Of a stretch of 64,000 bases of DNA, positions 54,601-58,074 are shown in pieces. The stretch's first letter is position 1. Every line of letters starts with the position of its first letter. Made by a program: the position numbers and the translations under genes. The notes beneath the pieces are model-generated. The model was not told the DNA's origin, did not search any database, and worked only from the letters and a program-made list of their open reading frames with translations. Location of the stretch: assembly GCA_000092065.1 (NCBI GenBank), contig CP000582.1. The stretch is one strand, 5' to 3'. The stretch comes from Ostreococcus lucimarinus. Its lineage: Eukaryota.

Positions 54601-56623
54601 AGGTACTTCGCTGGGAGATCCGATAGAGGTCGGCGCCGCGCTTGAGGTTCTCGCGCCGCCGACGCGCGCGGACCGGGCGCCGTCCAGGCCCCCCGCGCTC
54701 ACGCTTGAGGGCGTGAAGCCACGCGCTGGCCACTGCGAACCAGGGGCTGGCGCGGTTGGGTTGCTGTTTGCGATGGCAAACTTGACGGAGCGAGCCGTCG
54801 CGTCCCTCGTCCACCTGCGCCAGCTCAACCCTCACGTCGAGGCCGCGACGCGCCGAAACGCACCGTCGCCGCATGCGCGCGCGCCGGTGCTCGCGCGACA
54901 AGGCATGCCGCGACCGGATGACGGCGCGTCTGAGGCTGGAGCAGCGGACGCTGCTCGAGCGCGCGTGCGGCGATCCGGCGTGAGCGGCTTCGCGTTCCAG
55001 GGCACAAACGCGCACGCAATCATGGCCCGGGGACCCGGACAGGCGACTGCGCCCGGGTACACGGGAAGCACGCACACGGCGGCGCGTGCGTGGGAGCGTC
55101 AGCGCCACTGGTGCGCGCCAGAACGGCACTGCCTCATCGAGTCCGTGCGCGCTCTTCATCCTCGCGAGGGAGACTCGAGCGCGTTGGCGCGGTCGTGCGT
55201 GCGCCTGTGTCGGTCCGCGTCGCTCGCTGGCATGCTTGATCACGCCATCGGGCTCCGGACGCTACTACCAGGCACAGCGCACGTCGAGATATGTCGAGCC
55301 ATGGCGGGCGCGCTGGCAGACCAGCCGCTCGCCGACATCTCGCTGTCGCACGTATCTTTTGCAGCGCCCCTCGAGCTTCGAGCGCCGACGACCGACGTGC
55401 TGTGCGACGTCACGCCGCAAGGCGTGGCCCGCGTGGGCGTGCGCGTGTCGTCGTCCTCTGCCGCCGCGCCGTTCCTCGCGGGCGCGCTCAGCCGCAGAAG
55501 CGCCTCAAGAATTACTGCGTCTCCGGCGCACCTCTCGCGAGGACCGGCGATGCCCGCGCTGGACGTGCAGCCTTGTGTTCACGGCGCGAGCTGGCTGCGC
55601 TCGTCGCAGCGACGAGGCCCGGGCGCGGAGCACCGCGTGTACGGCGACATACGCGCGCGTCAGATGTCCACGCTGTCGGCTGCGGCGTATCACTCGCCGC
55701 CCGCAGTGCTCGATGCCGCGCTGCACGCGCTCAGCGCGTGCGCGCCGCCGCCGGGTAGCGATGCGACAGAAGAGAGCCCGCACGTCCCGGCCACGATCGG
55801 CGGCGTCCGCACGCGAGGCGGGCACTCGGACATGTACCGCGCCCGGTTCGCGCTCGCGACGGCTCCGCCTGAGCGCGGGGAGCGGAACGCGTCCACGCGC
55901 AGATCTCGTCACCACCTGTGGGACTGGTCGAGTCTTTCGGCGGCGCATCGAGGGTGCGTGGTGCACGCGCTGGAGTCTCGACGACTCGGTGGCCTCACGA
56001 CGAATTCATTTTATCATAGCTTTACGTCTACGCAGGCATATAAGTTGGCTCATATTCCACGGCCAGACATCCTATCGCAGTCTTTCACTTCAATGAAGAC
56101 TATAAATGCTGTCGACAAAGCTAGCAGCACATTTACAGAACGCAGTAGTGATGCGATGGAAATTGTTAACGCCGTGCAACGCGAGATTTTGGAAATTTTA
56201 TCAACATTAACGACCAGTCCTGTAAGTTTAGATGATACACTTGCGAGCCACGGATTGGACTCACTGGGCATTGCATATTTTTTTATTCAAGTTGGCAAAC
56301 GGTTCAATGTTGAAGTGACTGTTGACAGTCTTGGCACGAACACCACAGTCAGTAGTATAGTGCATCAGATATCACAGATGCTTAGTGCAAGGGTGATTTT
56401 CCTACACACCAAGGACCTGGTGCGCGAGCGAAAAGCCGACAGCTCCTCAAGAAGAGGAAGGAGCACTGCGATCACATCGATGGTGTCTGCATACCGTCGA
56501 CACTTGCAGTCAACTGAATTCGAGCCCAAAGCCTGTTTTGCAAGAGGCGTACTTGCTTGCGCAATATTTACTATATTTATCATTGCGTACGGATATCACG
56601 CACACAGATTCGACATGTTTTAG
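42647..56623 (+). CDS. Giant type I modular polyketide synthase, 4658 aa, lacking acyltransferase in every module and lacking a terminal thioesterase. Domain order: N-terminal unknown domain, KS0, DH-like, KR, ACP, KS, DH-like, KR, ACP, KS (N-terminally diverged), KS, DH-like, ACP.
   Basis: A continuous reading frame with four ketosynthase domains. Each has the Cys active site (DTACSSSLVA), the first His (AHGTGT / MHGTGT) and the second His (RGHTEPASG / AGHCEPGAG). Two ketoreductases have Rossmann FVTGGLGALG and the catalytic motif GQCNYSAANAALD. Three carrier domains carry the phosphopantetheine Ser (EEGLDSLAAVEL x2, SHGLDSLGIAYF). There are DH-like segments (LDHRVADMHLMPATGHLE; LDHAVGLRTLLPGTAHVE). 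No GHSxG acyltransferase motif and no TE domain are present. The first ATG in frame is about 42786; the track start is GTG 42647. Internal composition is about 70% GC versus about 45% for the N- and C-terminal parts. Confidence 0.85.
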   Translation: MTYDIVLQRFTPTSQGPTTPYPCAIKANSKWKLVRLKRLALERFRCPMLTRHKPESVQNGTPRNESRMSNLDTRAMSNPYFQVGRWDCTDELEGCQFSAPHTSVSVPNFEEIQTLHYTCVYEVAITCTQRHDMHNDEFAHVLSSVIELANRVDLTRLRQHHSIDNFATHVLTFRFILDLLRQTYQEYIKGSIENNSFEHVEFTFNNCMDGTHGMATCFKPNKKHSHLCYILDISQAERSCNGRTDDTKCVHDKITMNDRVLSAAKIPDNAVNKQFSASILNDVYGFDSSLFHISQSETLCMDPQQRLLLLAAADLYLSNTRVCQHDDSFCVHVGVSWNDFEEIRRKYSADFFSTYDSTGTSISVASGRIAYYFDFKGCAVTIDTACSSSLVALHQSMYAAGSLRESSALVCGINLILTTTMTHRFQLAGMMSSEHRCMTFDARADGYVRSEACNIVLLHFNGFTKTHRNVLRHDVHMSCVVNQDGTSTGLTAPNGTAQRNLMNELLSDVYNPSKHVGAKIHAHGTGTPLGDPIEVFAINSALSFSSLCRLYVSEKSMRGHTEPASGLCSTILAFVSGAQCKLHGQPHLQQLNNHILTSVDESIFQRSLHSSFPLTSMASVTTVSSFAFQGTNAMASLTYIDKCSIRVIRNTSGLRSLVKLETESPVRLPYTFSCLSIVNGKMIQLTSMIHDKTLKRLLDHRVADMHLMPATGHLELERELTKCALVRNEPYLLTKIAFMLPLKLDESNQLITEMNTHGRLRVGCGSGISNYWCSTARLQIPVGRAWCTDRTFYLTSKLVSRRFKGATATIAGTTPILDSQNVVNPCIQDASLQCSAYVLNTSAFASDTTYMDCVSLLKLPTTIQDVIVVNQTGKILVRSTHVDMLQKTQHVTESNNSVTSNSSSNNKTQTWIHRLLCKVSTVRMKAGLRTRTCLELARLLYHARQQRVLISNMQNLREVGSLHAPELMPIMREMGRKSMQDINSASASLCAVALLQACGARARVSGAHVRANDIVHEDASAAPAVCGSCVRATVQSSAQERSEPLVLSVASAPHTAPARALRSIAAGASIAGALCVERLLPAFGRRTPAASRDGAATTTASPAPKVSSVFVTGGLGALGQTSAAWYAHRGVRHAYLTGRRGRGESLLLRWSSRGGTDVSALHVLRVDACATDEASYGGARAHARVRAHGVLHAGGVLRDSLTARQSASAHRYVWSSKVVSAHALLRQCVGVERGARHIALFSSVAALLGSPGQCNYSAANAALDARAAHEWCRGYAVQSVQWGAWDGAGMALTNASVLRNARTTGIGVLDPQAGLGAVHVALQGASVTGRWRAIQGVLAVVPFQWSVLARAQRSRALIAEYRAESARSSAPVAVHPGAEEDAARDVSDESVRQIVASAVTRALGRDVSVDASLMEEGLDSLAAVELGGALQKETGVNMPATLAFDYPTITAISGYLKGAMLARSRARQSSGAASSAARTRAASGAVAHSRDSMPGIASNAREILGLAPVVMAIRRSVRRLDADDREPKPARHGGSALFSSFVRCVMAERASEDRFDTPSLGRQPSATARVVSLTKARDFTTQALDSMPKCNEIELSVVSAVSSKASGAHDAVRVNNMRHACGEVCDPQSSKSHEFVARRLVQFGYFIERSLFDGEQFSVTAHEARLMDPQQRVLLENALAATSATPHSAPKPATAVSVGAWTSQYADMCRVYEPTPGPYSGVASALSVLCGRVSYTFGMRGPSVCVDTACSSSLVAAHVASSHLRDGSCEDALVAGVSVNVGIGTFLVATAASMLSFDGRCKTLDASADGYAKGECCVVLRVSVDGASAGAPKAPDLPNAESPSLALLEQTGVNQDGRSSSLTAPNGPSQQALVADALLRSGLHGDALGRLEMHGTGTSLGDPIEVGAALEVLAPPTRADRAPSRGPALTLEGVKPRAGHCEPGAGAVGLLFAMANLTERAVASLVHLRQLNPHVEAATRRNAPSPHARAPVLARQGMPRPDDGASEAGAADAARARVRRSGVSGFAFQGTNAHAIMARGPGQATAPGYTGSTHTAARAWERQRHWCAPERHCLIESVRALHPREGDSSALARSCVRLCRSASLAGMLDHAVGLRTLLPGTAHVEICRAMAGALADQPLADISLSHVSFAAPLELRAPTTDVLCDVTPQGVARVGVRVSSSSAAAPFLAGALSRRSASRITASPAHLSRGPAMPALDVQPCVHGASWLRSSQRRGPGAEHRVYGDIRARQMSTLSAAAYHSPPAVLDAALHALSACAPPPGSDATEESPHVPATIGGVRTRGGHSDIYRARFALATAPPERGERNASTRRSRHHLWDWSSLSAAHRGCVVHALESRRLGGAAVVRSRAQQRSRAPPPRRAAAPRVLYGVGQQRACGAADGQGARRRSTLNSQCFVDDASHRRELMETHASPSIAQGSTRSSTRASLCAVALLQACGARARVSGAHVRANDIVHEDASAAPAVCGSCVRATVQSSAQERSEPLVLSVASAPHTAPARALRSIAAGASIAGALCVERLLPTFGRRTPAASRDGAATTTASPAPKVSSVFVTGGLGALGQTSAAWYAHRGVRHAYLTGRRGRGESLLLRWSSRGGTDVSALHVLRVDACATDEASYGGARAHARVRAHGVLHAGGVLRDSLTARQSASAHRYVWSSKVVSAHALLRQCVGVERGARHIALFSSVAALLGSPGQCNYSAANAALDARAAHEWCRGYAVQSVQWGAWDGAGMALTNASVLRNARTTGIGVLDPQAGLGAVHVALQGASVTGRWRAIQGVLAVVPFQWSVLARAQRSRALIAEYRAESARSSAPVAVHPGAEEDAARDVSDESVRQIVASAVTRALGRDVSVDASLMEEGLDSLAAVELGGALQKETGVNMPATLAFDYPTITAISGYLKGAMLARSRARQSSGAASSAARTRAASGAVAHSRRTTITQLPRLRLSYVPHEVSRRTTLGISGQYSHELRHFSSAGPSTSNFEGVLFVRIHNSTKPLPVHPYFIGNFLRCDELEFGLFGAPHSEWTTLDARQILLIESVHTIQLNNSSDVSLRTLETTAVLVGAQAVDSTDEHSVEIQYNAYSGVASALSVLCGRVSYTFGMRGPSVCVDTACSSSLVAAHVASSHLRDGSCEDALVAGVSVNVGIGTFLVATAASMLSFDGRCKTLDASADGYAKGECCVVLRVSVDGASAGAPKAPDLPNAESPSLALLEQTGVNQDGRSSSLTAPNGPSQQALVADALLRSGLHGDALGRLEMHGTGTSLGDPIEVGAALEVLAPPTRADRAPSRGPALTLEGVKPRAGHCEPGAGAVGLLFAMANLTERAVASLVHLRQLNPHVEAATRRNAPSPHARAPVLARQGMPRPDDGASEAGAADAARARVRRSGVSGFAFQGTNAHAIMARGPGQATAPGYTGSTHTAARAWERQRHWCAPERHCLIESVRALHPREGDSSALARSCVRLCRSASLAGMLDHAIGLRTLLPGTAHVEICRAMAGALADQPLADISLSHVSFAAPLELRAPTTDVLCDVTPQGVARVGVRVSSSSAAAPFLAGALSRRSASRITASPAHLSRGPAMPALDVQPCVHGAIRRSVRRLDADDREPKPARHGGSALFSSFVRCVMAERASEDRFDTPSLGRQPSATARVVSLTKARDFTTQALDSMPKCNEIELSVVSAVSSKASGAHDAVRVNNMRHACGEVCDPQSSKSHEFVARHLVQFGYFIERSLFDGEQFSVTAHEARLMDPQQRVLLENALAATSATPHSAPKPATAVSVGAWTSQYADMCRVYEPTPGPYSGVASALSVLCGRVSYTFGMRGPSVCVDTACSSSLVAAHVASSHLRDGSCEDALVAGVSVNVGIGTFLVATAASMLSFDGRCKTLDASADGYAKGECCVVLRVSVDGASAGAPKAPDLPNAESPSLALLEQTGVNQDGRSSSLTAPNGPSQQALVADALLRSGLHGDALGRLEMHGTGTSLGDPIEVGAALEVLAPPTRADRAPSRPPALTLEGVKPRAGHCEPGAGAVGLLFAMANLTERAVASLVHLRQLNPHVEAATRRNAPSPHARAPVLARQGMPRPDDGASEAGAADAARARVRRSGVSGFAFQGTNAHAIMARGPGQATAPGYTGSTHTAARAWERQRHWCAPERHCLIESVRALHPREGDSSALARSCVRLCRSASLAGMLDHAIGLRTLLPGTAHVEICRAMAGALADQPLADISLSHVSFAAPLELRAPTTDVLCDVTPQGVARVGVRVSSSSAAAPFLAGALSRRSASRITASPAHLSRGPAMPALDVQPCVHGASWLRSSQRRGPGAEHRVYGDIRARQMSTLSAAAYHSPPAVLDAALHALSACAPPPGSDATEESPHVPATIGGVRTRGGHSDMYRARFALATAPPERGERNASTRRSRHHLWDWSSLSAAHRGCVVHALESRRLGGLTTNSFYHSFTSTQAYKLAHIPRPDILSQSFTSMKTINAVDKASSTFTERSSDAMEIVNAVQREILEILSTLTTSPVSLDDTLASHGLDSLGIAYFFIQVGKRFNVEVTVDSLGTNTTVSSIVHQISQMLSARVIFLHTKDLVRERKADSSSRRGRSTAITSMVSAYRRHLQSTEFEPKACFARGVLACAIFTIFIIAYGYHAHRFDMF
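43500..44570 (+). other. PKS domain: KS0 (ketosynthase, host-like 45% GC codon usage)
   Basis: Product is MDPQQRLLLLAAADLY...AVTIDTACSSSLVALHQSMYAAG...HAHGTGTPLGDPIEV...MRGHTEPASG...SFAFQGTNAMASL. Confidence 0.8.
45607..47119 (+). repeat. PKS repeat unit R1 copy 1 (KR-ACP coding unit, about 1.51 kb, about 72% GC)
   Basis: Begins ctctttgcgcggttgcgctgctgcaggcttgc. It is more than 99% identical to 49980..51486. It contains the KR (FVTGGLGALG ... NYSAANAALDA) and the ACP (GLDSLAAVEL). Confidence 0.85.
47183..49321 (+). repeat. PKS repeat unit R2 copy a (KS + DH-like coding unit, 2139 bp)
   Basis: Runs from catcagacggagcgtgcgacg... to ...gccttgtgttcacggcgc. It encodes IRRSVRRLDADD...MDPQQRVLLENAL...VDTACSSSLVAAHVASSHL...EMHGTGTSLGDPIEV...RAGHCEPGAG...GFAFQGTNAHAIM...LDHAVGLRTLLPGTAHVE...PALDVQPCVHGA. 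It is followed by a 658-bp tail (49322..49979) before R1 copy 2. Confidence 0.85.
49980..51486 (+). repeat. PKS repeat unit R1 copy 2 (KR-ACP)
   Basis: The same sequence as 45607..47119, displaced by 4373 bp. It carries a handful of substitutions (for example PAFGRRTP becomes PTFGRRTP). The many spurious overlapping long ORFs on both strands here (for example 46018..46812 equals 50389..51183) are GC-richness artefacts. Confidence 0.85.
51487..51928 (+). other. Diverged, host-like (about 48% GC) segment inside the PKS repeat array. It encodes an alternative version of the KS N-terminal subdomain.
   Basis: In frame it gives ...CDELEFGLFGAPHSEWTTLDARQILLIESVHTIQL...TAVLVGAQAVDSTDEHSVEIQYNA. This parallels the GC-rich copies (...EARLMDPQQRVLLENAL...TAVSVGAWTSQYADMCRVYEPTPGP) at protein level, but shows no nucleotide identity. 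Confidence 0.6.
51929..53448 (+). repeat. PKS repeat unit R2 copy b (5'-truncated; corresponds to 47801..49321)
   Basis: Identity starts at tactctggcgttgcttccgccttgagc. The first about 620 bp of the unit are replaced by the diverged 45%-GC segment 51487..51928. Confidence 0.85.
53449..55587 (+). repeat. PKS repeat unit R2 copy c (full 2139-bp KS + DH-like unit) fused head-to-tail to copy b
   Basis: The junction ...gtgttcacggcgcc|atcagacggagcg joins the end of copy b directly to the start of the unit. It is followed by a partial tail 55588..55990, which matches 49322..49722. It differs from copy a by a few substitutions (RRLVQFGY becomes RHLVQFGY, SRGPALT becomes SRPPALT, GGHSDIY becomes GGHSDMY). 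Confidence 0.85.
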
Positions 56624-56726
56624 TTACCAACGTCACGGCGGTAGGCTCATTGCCCTTGTAATTCAACTCCGTTCTCAAAAAGTTGTCTGTTAAGTACTTT
56701 GAGCACTGTTCAGCTCTCACCGCTGA

Positions 56727-56792
56727 CTCCCGACAGGAGTTAGCTAAAACTCCTGACAGGAGTTAGCTAAAACTCCTGACAGGAGTTAGCGA
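56727..56792. repeat. Three tandem 22-bp units, each containing a short hairpin (ctcc[c/t]g-a-caggag), between the PKS stop and the next gene
   Basis: The sequence is gactcccgacaggagttagctaaaa ctcctgacaggagttagctaaaa ctcctgacaggagttagcgaaagg. The arms ctcctg/caggag pair across a 1-nt loop. It lies 104 bp after the PKS stop and ends 4 bp before the downstream GTG/ATG. Confidence 0.6.
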
Positions 56793-56798
56793 AAGGTG

Positions 56799-57677
56799 AT
56801 GCCGAGGCGCACATCATTAGCCAACGGCAGCTCGCTGTACGACGGGTTGCGATTTAAGTCGAGCGGGTTCAAGCGTTCGGGCAGGAAAGTGAACTTTTAC
56901 ACGTGTAGTACGATCGACGACTCGGACAGAAACGCGTCCTCGACGGGGAGATGCACGTTCGAGGCGGAGATCCGGCACAGAGCCGCGACGGACGAGTACT
57001 TCATCACCAAGTACGTCGGCCATTCGTTCGGTTGCACCGCGCTCTCGCCCCACATCGACGGGGAAACGCGAGCCGAGCTCGTCGATGACGTGCAAATGCA
57101 AGCCATATCCCTGCAACGAGGTCGCGTCGCTGTACAATCGTGTATCGATTACGTGTTCCGGCGCTACTCGTACGTCGTCGACGAAGCGCCGGCTGCGTCG
57201 TTACTTCAGTGCGTGCGGCGACGAAGTTCGGTGGCCACTCGCAGAGAGGCTCTTAAGCGCTTCGCTCAGACGAAAGTGCGATCGAAATTACAGGGCGAAC
57301 TCATGACCTGCATCGCGCACTCGCGCCAAGTCATAACCTCGTTGAGCCTGACCGAACGCCCGACGTCACGCGACATTCGAAAGTATTATCATGTGTTCGG
57401 ATTGCTGCACACGCACTGCAGTCGTCTTCCGGAGTTCGACTCGCTCGCAACCGTATGGATGGCCGCAGATACGACTAGCAGCGCCGCGCTCATTCATGCG
57501 CTCGAGCTCGGCATCAAAAAATTCGACAACGCACTGCGCACCGTTCGCCCCGCGACTGCCTCACAAACTGAAGCCTTGCACAACGCTCACGGCCATCTTC
57601 CTCCTTACGATCTCAGTGAAGCCGAGGCGTTGACGGCTCTTCGTAGTATAGCGCGTTCTGCCCAAACACGTTCGTAG
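56799..57677 (+). CDS. Hypothetical 292-aa protein with a GHSFG (GxSxG) nucleophile-elbow motif. Candidate alpha/beta-hydrolase or discrete thioesterase immediately downstream of the TE-less PKS.
   Basis: YFITKYVGHSFGCTALSP gives a hydrophobic strand followed by G-H-S-F-G, as in type II thioesterases and lipases. The rest has no recognisable similarity by eye. GC is about 56%, intermediate. The real ATG is at 56799; the track start at 56796 is GTG. Confidence 0.4.
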   Translation: MPRRTSLANGSSLYDGLRFKSSGFKRSGRKVNFYTCSTIDDSDRNASSTGRCTFEAEIRHRAATDEYFITKYVGHSFGCTALSPHIDGETRAELVDDVQMQAISLQRGRVAVQSCIDYVFRRYSYVVDEAPAASLLQCVRRRSSVATRREALKRFAQTKVRSKLQGELMTCIAHSRQVITSLSLTERPTSRDIRKYYHVFGLLHTHCSRLPEFDSLATVWMAADTTSSAALIHALELGIKKFDNALRTVRPATASQTEALHNAHGHLPPYDLSEAEALTALRSIARSAQTRS

Positions 57678-58074
57678 CGAAGCTTCTTTGTTAAAGATGT
57701 CAAACATCGTTAACTATGTCATCTTTCCATAGTTTAAACCTCGTTTGCCTTTTTCACCATCAAGCGAAGCGAACCTATTGGATTTCACAACCCTCGTTGA
57801 CGTGTCACTTGAGGTCCAGCTCAGCTCGCCGTCATCGTCAGGACGCGGAAGAATCACACTGCGTTGCGCGCTGACCGGACTTCAAGAGCAAGAACAAAAT
57901 TGGTCGCTAATCCACAGCCAGTGCAACGATAGCAGTACAGTTCCTCTCTTCCGACAGCTCTGGTGTGTTTCCCAGCTCATGCCTGGCTCAGAGCCGCCGC
58001 CCACCATGGACCGGACGGACATAGCCACGTCTAGAAAACTCAGCCCGGAAGGCACGAGTCAAGGCGACCGTGAA

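Noticed and set aside
45600-55250. Dozens of long ORFs on both strands and in all frames across the PKS repeat array (for example 45600..46526 -, 46018..46812 +, 48029..48976 -, 52157..53104 -, 54296..55243 -), many Arg/Ala/Pro-rich
   Set aside because: This is a consequence of about 70% GC (stop codons are rare) and of the tandem duplication, which makes each spurious ORF reappear. Only the plus-strand frame of 42647..56623 encodes recognisable KS/KR/ACP chemistry.
45607-55990. Kilobase-scale regularly spaced repeats considered as a CRISPR array or satellite
   Set aside because: The units are 1.5-2.1 kb coding modules without short spacers, and the sequence is eukaryotic (introns, tRNA intron, histone-modifier genes). 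No CRISPR-like short repeat-spacer structure exists anywhere in the window. The 22-bp triplet at 56727..56792 has no spacers.
42647-56623. GC-rich PKS core as bacterial contamination or a chimeric contig
   Set aside because: The reading frame is uninterrupted across both GC boundaries. Domain order is coherent across them. A host-like-composition segment (51487..51928) sits inside the array. Misassembly cannot be excluded without long reads, so it is flagged in the findings rather than assumed.
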